This document shows positions 1 through 12,719 of a stretch of DNA of 64,000 nucleotides, piece after piece. Location of the stretch: assembly GCA_051294905.1 (NCBI GenBank), contig CM119371.1, positions 11,906,001 through 11,970,000 of the forward strand, read 5' to 3'. Source of the DNA: Botryllus schlosseri. Its lineage: Eukaryota. Numbering within the stretch: position 1 is the first letter of the stretch; every line of letters starts with the position of its first letter. A model generated the notes under the pieces. The model saw only the letters and a list, made by a program, of their open reading frames with translations, ran no database searches and was not told the origin of the DNA. The translations under genes were made by a program, and so were the position numbers.

Positions 1-307
1 CTTATTCCAAAAATTTTGTATATTCCAATCTTAATCCTAATCCTAATCCAATATCAAGTTAGAATTCCTCTTGGAAAGCTTACATCTGATGCCTATAATT
101 CTTTTAAAAGAAATAAAACGCATAATTAGTGCCAAAGAACTTGATGTAACTTTGCCACATCACATTACTCTCCCCGAAAATCGGTAAATCCGATCCTAAT
201 CCGATTCCATTAAATAGATATTCTGAAATCCTAATCAAATCCTAATTCGACAAAGTCTCACAAATCCGGTTTTTCTAAATCCTAATCCTAATCCATGCTC
301 ATCTCTG
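1..307 (+). mobile_element. Diverged copy of the CAGAGATGAGC-TIR hAT MITE family, cut by the window start
   Basis: Ends in ...cctaatcctaatccatgctcatctctg (307), as do the copies at 22620, 23673 and 24480; same CCTAAT/CCAAAT subterminal repeats. Confidence 0.8.
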
Positions 308-1381
308 CTCCAAGCCAGCCTCGGCGATTCCCTGCAGGTCAAAACGTACACTCAACTCATACGTATTGTATTGTACAAATTGGCACAACACAGTGGAGCT
401 TATTGCCTTTTTAAGCCTTGTGCTCCACGACATAAAGTTCATGGGCAATGTTCCCCCTAAGCTGCTCACGTGCGCAATTGCGCAGTGCTGACACGGTCTA
501 TGCGCACAGAAAACCTAAGCTGCGCACAAAAAAACCGAAATGATGACCTTTTTTTAGTCGTTACGCACTGTTGTCCAAGGGACGACGCAGTGAGTTGGTG
601 GGTTGAATTTAAGCTTGAATTAGGGTAAGGCTTGGGGTTAGGATATATAGAGGGTAATTTCAGGGTTATGTTTCGGGTTAGGTATAGTTTTGGGGTTATA
701 AAGTTACATGCTGAAGTGAAGCATGCTAAAGTGTCCCATGCTCAACTGTCGTTTTCCATTGTGTTGCATGCTCATGTCGGGCCACCCTCGATAATGCCTA
801 GTTTCTGAAACCACCTATAGTTGAGTACTACTCAAACCTACATTTCTACTCCCCTAGAAGTATCCTAAACACGCCTTGCTGAGCTGATGATCATGATGAT
901 ATGAACGGGATTTGGAAATCATAAATCAGGTCATCATTCCTGTCGCAAATTTTAACAATTCCCTAAACCCCTGAAAATGCTTTACGGATCCCCAGTTTGG
1001 AACCGCTGGCTAGAACACGCCAAATTAAGCTACATTTGAAACCTATCTTGCGGCCATATACCATTCGAATTTGCCATCTCTTTGGAAAACCGATTGACCA
1101 TCGTCTCTGCTCTGTGTATGGAAGTGGTTCTTAACCTTTTCATCTTCTCGGATTTCTTTGGACCATCATGGACCCACGCGGACCCTCACAATTTTAGTTC
1201 AAATTTAGCTCCATTATGGTGCAGCCGTCATCAGTCTTGTGCGAAATTTAACTGTATACTGGTGATAAACAGCAACAAAAGGACTTTCCTTGAAAATGAC
1301 GACGGACTCTTACTAATTTGAATCGTACTCTGCAGCCGCATGTCTTGAAATACGTGACTGTCTGGATCTTGCCGCACCCCT

Positions 1382-1510
1382 CCATGCTGTCGCGTAAATA
1401 CTAAGCGCCAAGAAGGATACCAGCGTTACTAACCAGGTCTTTGGTCAGACCCGGCCGGGGATTGAACCCACGACCTACCGATCAAGAAGCAGGGCGCTTC
1501 ACCATTGGGA
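1382..1510 (-). mobile_element. tRNA-derived SINE fragment (family A)
   Basis: Minus strand has a B-box-like GGTTCAATCCC; aligns to 57211-57343. Confidence 0.6.
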
Positions 1511-1626
1511 TTACTCGCATTGGTTTTTGTCATTCCAAGTTATATACTTCGTTGAGAGGGTACTAGGAACTGCTAGACTTGCATGTAGATATACAGAGTA
1601 GGCCTAAGTGAACACATTTTATTCAG

Positions 1627-2583
1627 GCGTACGAATCCTACATTCAGATATCAATTTATTGAAAACCCAACTCAATCATTTATTGCAAGATCGCGGATTC
1701 AATGAGCATAGTTCTGTTCATTTCAGTTATATGGAATATATAATATTAGTCTCTCGGAAATAAAGAAAAGATTATGTACGCGCAGAAAGAAAGTTCGCCC
1801 GGCGATATTTTGGCAAAAGTAAGAATGTGTTTTGATTTTCGTAAACTACCTCAAATGTACTTATCTTCATCATCATCATGTTCCAAGCACTATCAATTGA
1901 ATATGCGGGTTTCAAATAGTGCAAATGTTTTATAAGTACTATTTTATTGCAGCGAGCCCATGCGGTTTGAGAACAGCGACTCGGAGCGAGCCCTGGCTGA
2001 GTTGTTGAGCAATTGGAGTCCGTTCGAAAAGAACGTAACTACAACGAAGACTAAAACATCACGTCCAAAGTGTCGTGACCCGTATCTTAGGGCAATGAGA
2101 AAAAGAATCCAACAGGTACATATTTTCGTGTTCGACGCGTAAACATTGACTCTGCTATAATTTTATACATACAGATGTAACTATTTACGCCAGTGAAATT
2201 TTACAGTTAATCACTTCACTGATTTACTCTACTTAGCATACAGGACTGGACTGTTCCTTTGTCCTATTTTATGCTAACGTATGTGGTTCACATTTGCTCA
2301 TACTGTGACTTCACGATGTACTTGTTCAATGTATCAGTTGATGCGGCCCTGACATGGCATTTGATTCAAATTTACACAACCAGTATGCTTTGCTACGTGA
2401 CGCTAATTCCGATGCATTCTTTCCTTTTTAGCGAAAAGGGGCAAAGTACAGCAAAGATATTTACTCACCCGACCGGACGAGGCAGTGATCAAGCAGTTCG
2501 GCCAACGAAATAGCAAATCTCGTTTCGACGAAAAATTAGGGGCGATACCGATTGACTTCAACGATAATGACGAGTCTTCTTGA
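1627..2583 (+). pseudogene. Copy 1 of an unidentified multi-exon gene, decayed
   Basis: AG/GT-bounded segments 1627-1818, 1953-2115 and 2432-2583 join in compatible phases (...EIKKRLCTRRKKVRPAIFWQN|EPMRFENSDSERALAELL...KRIQQ|RKGAKYSKDI...). Two in-frame stops in the first segment; 4-nt deletion in the last relative to copy 2. Confidence 0.55.
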
Positions 2584-2879
2584 AATATGGAGATGATATA
2601 TGATCCTTCAAAAGCCACTGGCATTACATCACCTTTTTCGTGCTGAACACTGTTTCCAATTTCATATTTCCAAGTATTTTATTGAATAAAGCGATGAAGA
2701 TAACTCGATTGCTATGTAGGCTAATTTATAATATAAAATTGCAATAGGCATTGTGTCATGAAATGCAAGACTGTCATAGGTAACTATATCGGCGCTGCTC
2801 AAATTATTTTCCTTTGCGACCTCATTTTAGAAGATAAATTATTCCGTAGCTGCCGACTTGCAGCACGGCCCAGGTATAG

Positions 2880-3032
2880 GCTTTTATATGACACCACCTA
2901 CATGGATGATTTGACGAGGAGGAGCACAGATAAACCCCCAACACTTAGGTAGGAATTCTGGATATGATTTCGGTCGGACTCGAGCCCGCAATCCATTGGT
3001 GTTGCAGCTGTGGATTATACCACTACGCTATC
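2880..3032 (-). mobile_element. tRNA-derived SINE (family B)
   Basis: Minus strand starts gatagcgtagtggt (A-box-like), then gggctcgagtcc (B-box-like); body shared with copies near 37400 and 47400. Confidence 0.55.
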
Positions 3033-3415
3033 TCGCCACTCAAATCTTAATCGAATTTTATTCTAATGTTTCAATACGAGAAGCGAGGGAAATACAATTA
3101 AATAGGAATTCTGCAGAAACGTCGGATTCTAGATTGATTGCAGTGCAAAGCTATTTGATAATATTGGTGGTTGAGTTTTAAACGGCCAGTAACGCCATTT
3201 CACCAGTGTGGGAGAAATAAGGAAAAAGTAGAACATACGAAACTTATACTTGGATATCAAACATGGCCTCGTCGAGAACAAATAGCCTACATTTCTGCGC
3301 ATTTTCCTCGCGGAACAAATCAAAAAGCAATAGATAGAGAATCCGATAAACTTCGAATATCCAAGAATGGAATCCCGGAACAAAATATTAAAGCCAAAAT
3401 TTTTTCCTGCTGTAT

Positions 3416-4310
3416 CAGGGGCGGCCAACATACGGCCCGCGGGCCGGAGCCGGCCCGCGACGGGATTCTGTGCGGCCCGCCGACAGTTTTCGGTCTTACA
3501 TTATGATGAGGCCCGCGTCGCCGTCTACAGGCATTTACGCGCAAACAATTTCGAGCATGAACATTAGCAAGACAAAGCGACGTTCTAATACAACTGATGC
3601 TCACCGCATTGACGTAGCCAGGGGCGAATGGGACCATACCATACTCAAATTTGTATATTCGTACTATTTATAAATAGTGGAATATTTTCGGGCAGATGGA
3701 TTCAAATTGAAAAATTTTAGCGCGCTTCGCGCGATTTAGTGTCTCTACGTTCATGTCTTGGTTAGGAGAATACAGTGTCATAGATACACTAGAATAGCCC
3801 AAGGCCGTGAGGTTGCAGGCGTTTTCAACAAGGTAATTGTTAACAATGAACCCGCCCGAAGTGAATAATCTGCGATAAGCTCATTAATGTATATTCTTAT
3901 TCCATGATCAATGTTAAAATTCGTAATTATACCTGCTGTAAATTTTCCAAGAAACCACTTGCTCATACACTCACCAATATCATTGATCAAATTCATTCAA
4001 TTAAGCAAAAAATATTTCGCGCTTGACGCGACTAGAAGCCAAATATACTCTGATTTTTGATCACATTCATATCACCGATTTGGGGTCACCCGTGAATCGG
4101 TCGCCCAATCCAGACATAGTTTGCAACTGCATGAATGTGTGCGTCTCTGAATTGTATGTAAAAGGGTAGTGCAGGGTAGGATGGACGGATTTGTGGCGCG
4201 TTCCCCGGGAGAGATTCCCTAAACTCATTAAAAAAAAATCAGGAATCCGGTCCACCTCATGTTCATGTTCCTCTATCCGGCCCGCCGGTTGGAGAAGTTG
4301 CCCGCCCCTG
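3416..4310. mobile_element. Non-autonomous hAT element (CAGGGGCGG termini), older copy
   Basis: caggggcggccaac ... gttgcccgcccctg termini with GGCCCGC subterminal repeats; flanks match only 5/8; related copy at 54271. Confidence 0.65.
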
Positions 4311-4728
4311 TTCTACATGGTGGCTTGGGAAAAAAGCTTTAAAGCTAGTATGCAGTGCAGAGTGTATGCCTGCCACTACACCCGCTTTGGAACCTGATTT
4401 TACCACGTAATAATAATCCTGGGCGAAAATATTCTTTCACTCCGGTTGATGTGAGACAAAATCACTGTAATAGCTACGATTAACAATGCGTCGAAAGTTC
4501 AAAAAGCTTTTACATATTCGTCGCAGTGACAGAAGTTAGGAAGCTACTATGCCTAATATGCTATTAATAAGTGCATTTGAATTATCCCATTCCTGGAACA
4601 GTAAGAAATATGCACACTTTTCAACCGCACTCAGTCGCACCACGTTGGTCATCCGCACTGTAATCTCTTTTATCCGTACATGTGCGTATACCATCCAACG
4701 CGTTGAAAGACACTGGTTTGGTCTATCG

Positions 4729-6017
4729 CAGTGGTTCCCAACGTGGGCGATATCGCCCCCCAGGGGGCGATTTGTCGGTCCAGGGGGGCGAAAATAGCCA
4801 AGGGGGCGATAGGGGGGCGAAAATGGACGAAGGGGGCGATAGGGGGGCGATTGCGCGTTGAAATGGCTATATTGGCGATCATGACCATAACTGCCACACC
4901 CAAACCCTCAATTGGGATGGGGGGCCCACAGTTTTTTCGCGAATTAACATTAATTAAATAATAAAGTATTATTCTGGAAATTAAGGCAACTTTTTCCAAA
5001 TAATTTCGCGCTACGCGCCATTTCATGGTCACATATTTATTGCTTATTGGTTACCCTTCCTCCAAGAAATAATACGCATGAGTTATAGAAATGGGCATCT
5101 CGGCGTCAGCCATTATCGCACCAATACATATAAAGTTTCAGGCCATGTAACATGCGACTCTGAGAAGTGTGCCAGAATGAGAAAACCTTGGCGGAAAAGG
5201 ACTGCCTTTATGCTGACCAACTTTGATATATATACTATATACATATACAGATTTAATTGTCCATGGGCGCCAAATGTTTCTGTCCTGGCAATCAAAACCC
5301 CACAAAAAATGCCATCTCGCAGAGAAAAATTAATTGCCAGTGCAGAAATACCAATTTGAAATCGTGAGCGTTTTTTAGTTTAGTACGTATGGGCGATTTT
5401 AATATCTTTTGACACAGCAGACAGGCCACGAAATGTCATTACGTAACGAAGTAATTATACCCACTGGCCCTACATTTTCCAAGACACCTCACTCAGCTTT
5501 ACCGGTAAATCTGAATACATGAGCCAAGAGAGGATAAAAAATTGACAGCAATATATATGCAATTCCCGATCATATTGACCGATTCAATCATGAATGATAG
5601 AAATTTTTCGCGCTTCGCGCGAATTAAGCTGACCAACTAAAGACAACAAAAATTTGTGCTGAGAAGTAGCGGTGAAGAGGTATCGGGGGAGTTGGGTCTG
5701 AGGGGTGCAGAAGTTTGCTTTATCGCCCTATGGAGGAGGTTCAAGACCAACGTATTGGGGTGGGGGATGACGAAGTGCCGTTGCGGTCCTATTGGAATCA
5801 AGTCGGAGAAATTACCTTTTCTGTTAGTCAACTCACCAAAATTTAGCTGGAAAAATGTAATTTCGAGGTCGAGCCGAAAAGTTGACCCTTTTTCTTAGTC
5901 AACTCGCCGGTTATTTCAGTCTGTATGCCCATTTTTCGGTTCCCAATATTTGGGGGGCGATGATCGGTCTGGATTTTGAAAAGGGGGCGATGAGTCGAAA
6001 AAGGTTGGGAACCACTG
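4729..6017. mobile_element. Non-autonomous Buster/Charlie-type hAT element
   Basis: TIR CAGTGGTTCCCAAC; perfect TSD GTCTATCG (4721-4728, 6018-6025); GGGGGCGA subterminal repeats. Confidence 0.92.
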
Positions 6018-6761
6018 GTCTATCGTATACCACTTTGAACAGAATTTGAAGAATTGCGATGAGGGATACCATTCTGGTCAAGTCTTGGTAATTACTTTCC
6101 TACAATGCGCAATGTTGACACGGGGCCTGCGATGTATCGATTCTGTAATCCCGCCCGTCAACCACTTCATTCTCCCATATTCGAACCACCGACGGGAAAA
6201 GTTGCACGCCCCTGAGTTAGAGAGATGTAGCCTACTGGTCAAGGTTTTTCCAGATCCGTATTCAATCCTGTCTGATAAAACGGAATACTGATAATATGCT
6301 GACATTTTTCTAATTATAGGCCTTCTTCGGCAATGCATTGATGTTTGCTATTAGGGATTCAGTGCTGAAATAAGCCGAGTCCAAGTTTATAGAAACAACA
6401 AACAGCAAGCCACGTTCATGCACGGTTTTTCTACTTTTGTACTGCGCATAAATAGATAATTGACTATGATAAACACTCATGTCGTTCTCAGTTATTCGAT
6501 CAATATCAACATGACCTGCTGCGAGAACTTTGTTTGTTAAAAAAGAAGTTTGTCAAGCCTAAAAATTGTACTTTTGCACAATGGAAATATAATTTCTCTT
6601 GTACCAATTGGTCATTCTACCAAGATGAACGAGGAGTATAAAGCTATCAAGTTTGTCCCTGGAAAGCTCAACTAAAATACACATATGCGTCTCATCTCAT
6701 TTCACTTGTAAATGGAGAATTTCCGAAAAGCCAACAAAATGGGTATACTTATTATCCATAT

Positions 6762-7016
6762 TGTTATGTTCGTGTATATACGTTGGTATCGTTTCACTCT
6801 ATTTTGTATAGGACTAGTAATTAGCGCCAATCATTATTTCCTCGTGTGCCTTGCGTTGTATTTATACCCTGTGTTCTGTTGTCTCGTGGTCTTTCGTTTA
6901 ACTGAACTCTGGATCGTGTCGCTTGTCTTGAATTCATACTGCTGTAAAATATACTGATTCCGTATTGCAACCTCGTCGTATTGAGTTATTGTTCAAACAA
7001 GATCAAGAACATAACA
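6762..7016. mobile_element. Solo LTR (255 bp)
   Basis: TGTTATGTTC...GAACATAACA (TG..CA, 10-bp inverted ends); 5-bp TSD CATAT (6757-6761, 7017-7021); empty site at 55631-55644. Confidence 0.8.
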
Positions 7017-7920
7017 CATATCAAACGCGAAACTTAAATCTGAAATCTTTGATGAATCTCAGATTCGAATACGGATTACAATTTCATATTAAGAAAGGTG
7101 CTCCCTACATGGAATCCTTTCTAGGATGTAGTAAATAAAACTTTTTGGAAGATCACAAAGCACCAAACTATAAACAATTGGTCCGAGAATTGGTATCTGC
7201 AGATGGAAACCTTGGAGCAAACATGAGCATTAGATGTCACTTCCTGTTCAGTTATCTTGACATATTTTCTGATAATATTGTTGATTAGAGGGAATTGAAA
7301 GGGGAAAGGTTCCACCGATAGATCAAAACAACAAAAGAAAGACATCAGTGCAGATGCGACGAACCTATTATGGCAGACTGTTGCTCGAACCTTTCGAAAA
7401 ACTGTACTAAATTGCGTATAACTGAAAATAGTACAATAAGCAATTTTGCTTTAAGATAAGTTAATAATATTATATTCCAACTGATTATTTTGAATTTAAA
7501 ATAGGTGGTTGACATAAAACTTATACAATTATCGCAACGTTATTTGGGTATTTAGGTAAATAGGCCTACTTATATACATGATTGAAGTTTATTTATGCAG
7601 GCTACGTGATATCCATGAAAGTCTCCAATTATCATAAATCTAATACCACGAAATATAATTCTGTTGATGTATTTTTATTTAAAACAGTCTTCAGCGTGTC
7701 AAAATAACAAATATATTGAATTTCTGAACTTCATAGTACGACTGAGCCAATTTTTATCTAGCGCGGCGAAAATATGAGATTTTAGTCAAACTAGCCCCAT
7801 GGAGAATGTCCCAAAATAGATCCAATTTGAAAAATAACTAAGGTAATATTCGAAATCAGTGCCCTTTAAAACCCCCAAAACCACTTACTTTGTCTGCCTA
7901 AAAATATGTGTTGACCAGTG
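7017..7920 (+). mobile_element. Chapaev3-like (CMC superfamily) transposon 3' remnant with decayed transposase, copy 1
   Basis: Degenerate translation gives HKAPNYKQLV..GANMSIxxHFLFSxLDIF..GERFH..MADCC; terminus tgttgaccagtg followed by TTA. Confidence 0.65.
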
Positions 7921-8985
7921 TTATTATCCGTCTAGACTTGCTCATTCAGCACAAGAACAAACCCCATACGTTAATTGCCTTGCTGAAACTCATTTCTACC
8001 ACTGGCAGGCGAGTGAACATCCTGGCCTGAGACCGTTTTCAAGTCCTAAAAGGGAACCGATGACAGAAGCGAATATAATAACTTGCCCAAATTGCATGGA
8101 CCAATTCATGAATAATTGCATATTCTGTGTAGCCCTGGGATATACATTGAGTTCCCTGGTGGTTTCAAGGATGTAAAAAATGTCTAGCGGTACAATATTT
8201 GAATTGAAAATGGTGTGACATCATAACGCTAAACTCTAATTTTGCATTGACATTCTTGCTTGCCAGAAGTGATTTGGCTTCGATGTTTTTATGTTCTTTT
8301 TTAAAATGTCCTTGTGTCGTGTGTATCGCTTACTCTGATCTGACTGTGGAAAAGCTGGAAACCACTCATTGGTATGTGAGTGTATGACGCTCCAACAATT
8401 TTTTTATCCCTAAATCGGAGTGTATTGAATGTAATGGACATATCTGTGCATATTCCCGAGAATCTGTTTTGGTTTAGAGCCGAAAAATATTTGAATTTGC
8501 TACAGCGGGAAATAAATGACTTTCAATTTTGTCTGATGTGAAAAAGATTGCAGAAAACGTGATGAATTTGTCATTTTGTCTTCTTGTAACTACTTTGGAG
8601 TTAATCATTGCACCCCATCATATATTATGATTTATACAATATATTTGCACGAAATTTAAAATAGTGTATTTTTAGCGATCTAGTGTTTTAGTTGCAAATC
8701 TCGTATTTTTCACGAACCTCGAGTAGCAACACTGTTGTGACTATCAGAGTGTGGTTATAACACAAAATTCTATCACACAAATCGAAGGGTATCTACTAAA
8801 TAAGACATGTGGCAACATAAACGGTAGTATTATCATATTAATGAAGCAACGGCGTATCCGGTTGGCGTATCCAAATTTTGACACTCGCATATGATGGAAC
8901 GTAGATGGAGCTCTGTCCACACCAATTCCATGCAGATCCGTCGCGGAAATGTGTCCAAAATAGACAACTATGATTTGGCGCATGT

Positions 8986-9258
8986 AAATTACGAACATAC
9001 ATCACCGGTTAACGATGCCACCACGTCTATTCTAGACAAGACCTGTACTTCTGAACTAGTTCACGAGTCGAACCATGATATGAACCACACTCGAACAGAA
9101 TATGAGCGAATTTCCATGTCCTGCTCAGCTCGAAGTTTGGGTTTACTTTCCGTAGATATTACGCAATTATCATATGGCCAATGTATTTCTAGAAATTACG
9201 AACATACATCACCGGTAACGATGCCACCGCGTCTATTCTAGACAAGACCTGTACTTCT
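8986..9258 (+). repeat. Local direct duplication of about 70 bp
   Basis: aaattacgaacatacatcaccggt...ctagacaagacctgtacttct occurs at ~8986 and ~9193. Confidence 0.8.
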
Positions 9259-9273
9259 AGACTAGACGTGTAC

Positions 9274-11326
9274 CAGTGGCGGCTCGTCCTATAGGGCAAC
9301 TGGGGCATTGCCCCACCTAAAATTCTGTTCAATAACAATTATTTACCATTTATAGACGCACAGCAATCAATATATACCGAAATCACAGCGAAACCCGCAT
9401 TATTCTTGTGCTTTCGCTTGTAAATGCCCATACCCAGCGAAGTCTCTGCGAAAATCGAATTCTCTTCTGTGTTTTCGCTTTGTGAATGCCTAGCCGGGGC
9501 TTGCCCCTGTAGCGCTCATAACAAGCTTTCACTGTCGGTTCTCTCAAAGCCGCGCACAATAAAGAAACGGGGATTTACTCTCTCCTATTCATAAAATTAC
9601 CGAGCAATTGCGGCAACCTTGCCTGGCTGCCCTTAAGGTGTGATGTAACAATTGTATCTATATCTGAACTTGGTTACCGTCATATGCGTTGAGTCGAGCT
9701 TTGCTGGTATAGGTCGATTTTGACGATGTTTCGCTCCACGATAATTCTTGAAACTTGGTATGTTATGTCGTGAAGGTCGTATTTAACACTGCTCCAAGTT
9801 TCAGGGTCGCTACTTAAAGTGTAGGGTAGTAATTTCGTTTCCAAAGTTGACTGTGTGCTGATCCGTCAAGTATCGCAAACAGATTTTACTCAAAAGCCGG
9901 TATTGGTCTCCATTTATTTTGACGATGTTCCATACCGAGATCGGTCATGACATTTGGCATAGTTGGTCTTAGTGTTAGTATCTATCGCCGTACCAAGTTT
10001 AAAGTGTATCACTGAACTATGTGGGTGGTAATTTCGTTTCCTAAGTCGAGTGAGAGCTGACTCGCCATTTATCACTAACAGATCTTACGCAATGCCGGTA
10101 TTGGTCTCTATCGATTTTAACGATGCTCCATACCTATATCCGTCTTGAGCTTTTGGACGGTATATCTTGATTTCAGTATCGAACGCTGTGCCAAGTCCCG
10201 AGGTTGACACTCAATGATTAGGGCAGTAATTTCATTATCGAGGTCGAGTATGGTAGGCCTAACGCTGACTACCGCATTGCGGATTTCGCGCAGAAGCCGG
10301 CGTTGGTCTGTGCTAATTTTAACTGTGTTTCATACTGAGATAGGTGATGAGATGATGATCTCATGAAACAGTTTACTAAGATTCTCGGTTTGCATTCAAA
10401 TATTTACTTTATTTTATATTCTCCAATGTCATTTTCACCGAGAAATTGTGGCCTTCAAGCTATTTGCCGACAACCCGATGTCAAGCGCGTTAGCTAGCTC
10501 GTTTTCGATCGACGGCTAACAGCTGATCAAATGATCAGCCTATTCCTCGATATATTTTACGCAAAATTCAGTGTTTTTAGGCAAGACTCGGCCCTTATCA
10601 GCCTGGAAATTGTCCATTGATCTAATCGTACACGGGAGGAAAGCGCACTCTTACCTTTTCCCAACGTATTGCGATAAAAAATGAAAGGCTGCCGTATAAG
10701 CGAGGATAATGACGCCTTGTTATACACTTTTACACTGCTGGTGCCAGTGGACAGTGTCTCTTGTTCGACCGAAATTGGGTATCGTGATCTGAAGCATGTT
10801 GCCTACTGCAAACGGCGTCTCGATATTACCCGATAGTCGACATTGCTCGGCTCGAGTTGACTTGTTTATATTCTAATACATCTTTTTCCGAAGTAGTAAC
10901 CATTAGTGAACCTTTAAAATTCCTATAGTTGAAAAATCGCTTTCTATCAACTTTGCTGCATTAATTAGGCTCGATGCGTTAGATGTGCTCCCGATTCTCA
11001 ACGCTCTCATTCTGGGTATTCCAGATTTCAATGAACTCGTCATTGAACATTTTGCAACTATGAAATCACGCCGCGCGCAATAGGCCTGCTGATACAAACG
11101 TTAAAATATGCAGGTATGAACAACTGTACTTGATAATTTCTTTCGAATAATTTGAAATACGTAAGTCTTGTTTACCATGCTTAATGTATATACCCCATAC
11201 AAACTGTGTGTGACCACCACGAAGTCACATTTTCACGTCGGAATACACCATTATGACGTCATTTAGACAATTAAAATCACGTACACCCCTTGCCCCACCA
11301 CCCGATATTATCATGAGCCGCCACTG
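9274..11326 (+). mobile_element. Internally deleted hAT-Tip100-like element
   Basis: TIR CAGTGGCGGCTC; TSD ACGTGTAC/ACTTGTAC (7/8); transposase scraps on + strand (RLGPYQP ~10587, GYRDLKH ~10778, IPDFNELVIEHFATMKSRRA ~11017). Confidence 0.8.
9705..10340 (+). repeat. Diverged tandem repeat, ~200-bp unit, about 3 copies, inside the Tip100-like element
   Basis: ccggtattggtct anchor recurs at ~9897 and ~10095, with a variant at ~10297. Confidence 0.7.
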
Positions 11327-11729
11327 ACTTGTACTGTCTAAGTGCCGCGGTGAATAATGTCGCTGTTGCATTACGAATGCTGTCATTAAACCAAACAACG
11401 CTACCAAGCTACCAGCACTGGTAAATGGAATATTTTTTTTGGTAAATCGATTCACTGGATATTGAAGACGAGGTATGCAGGCACGTCCGGGGCATAACTG
11501 GAAGTATCGGAAATCGGCGAGTGAGATGCACCGTGGAGACCAAAGTTTAAACCCGGTTAAAATGAAAGATCGCCATGGTCGCCAGGACCCATTCTTATCC
11601 AGAGAAATCGGTTGCCAGAAGCAGTTTTTTAGTATCCAGCTCCATAATCCATTCGTAATCGCGTCATCTCGTTCTTGCTTGTAATCGCCTTGTTTCTGGC
11701 AAGCTTTCTTGCTTCTCCATGTTTCGACT

Positions 11730-12255
11730 GTCTTGAAGCTACGATCCGTAGTTGCTCTGAAAAATAAATTGAGCGTGGCAGCACAATTTGTATGTGAAAG
11801 GTTATTGATAATAAGAAACGTATGTGCTTTATTATCGCAGGTGCTTAAAAGTTGTCTTGCTTTTCCATATGTACATGGTCTTGAAGCTACGATTAGTAGT
11901 TGGTCTGAAAAATAAATTGAGCAAGGCAGCACAATTTGTATGTGAAAGGTTATTGATAATAAGAAACGTACGTGTTGGTAACGCAGGTTCTTAAAAGTTG
12001 TCTTGCTTTTTCATATGTAGCCTACATGGTCTTGAAGCTACGATTAGTAGTTGCTCTGAAAAATAAATTGAGCGAGGCAGCACAATATGTATGTGAAAGG
12101 TTATTGATAATAAGAAACGTACGTGCTTTGGTATCCAGGTGCTCAAAAGTGTCTTGCTTTTCCATATGTCCACCGTCTTGAAGCTACGAATAGTAGTTGG
12201 TCTGAAAAATAAATTGAGCGAGTCAGCATGTGTGTGAAAGGTTATTGATAATAAC
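11730..12255 (+). repeat. Tandem repeat, ~149-bp unit, about 3.5 copies
   Basis: gtcttgaagctacga...tgaaaaataaattgagc...tgtgaaaggttattgataataa at ~11730, 11878, 12029 and 12176. Confidence 0.9.
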
Positions 12256-12719
12256 ACTCTTACGTAGCGTTGTGATTACGGTCTACCGAAAAAGGTTATT
12301 ATGTCGATCTATTAGCTGGTACCACAATTTTAGAATGGATCAGTACATCAATGACCAGAGATAAATTAGATGAAGTTAGACGAATCAAAACTAATCAGCT
12401 TCAGAAATGAAACGGGTGGAATTAGACCAAATTGATCAATGCATAAATTCTCAATACTAGTGATATGTATAAAATATATAATATACAAATGTAATCTTAT
12501 ATTTATAATAAATACATTAATAGATTTTAGATATAAATGTCGTAAATATGTAGAATGGAAGAAAATATAGTATATAAAGTAGGCCATAGTCAATGAATGA
12601 ATTTAAATAGCAAATTGGAGATGGTCGCAACTCAAGCACTGGGGTTGGGTTTTGACATTCAGAACAAAACCATAGAAAAGACGGATCACTCCAAACACCA
12701 TCCGAAATTGGGACAGGAT

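Noticed and set aside
1..307. Telomeric repeat
   Set aside because: The unit is CCTAAT/CCAAAT in short runs inside MITE ends, not a (TTAGGG)n array.
11225..12257. 235-aa ORF and neighbouring ORFs as genes; the array as CRISPR
   Set aside because: The ORFs run through a tandem repeat and a TE end. Units are ~149 bp with no unique spacers and no cas genes, in a eukaryotic context.
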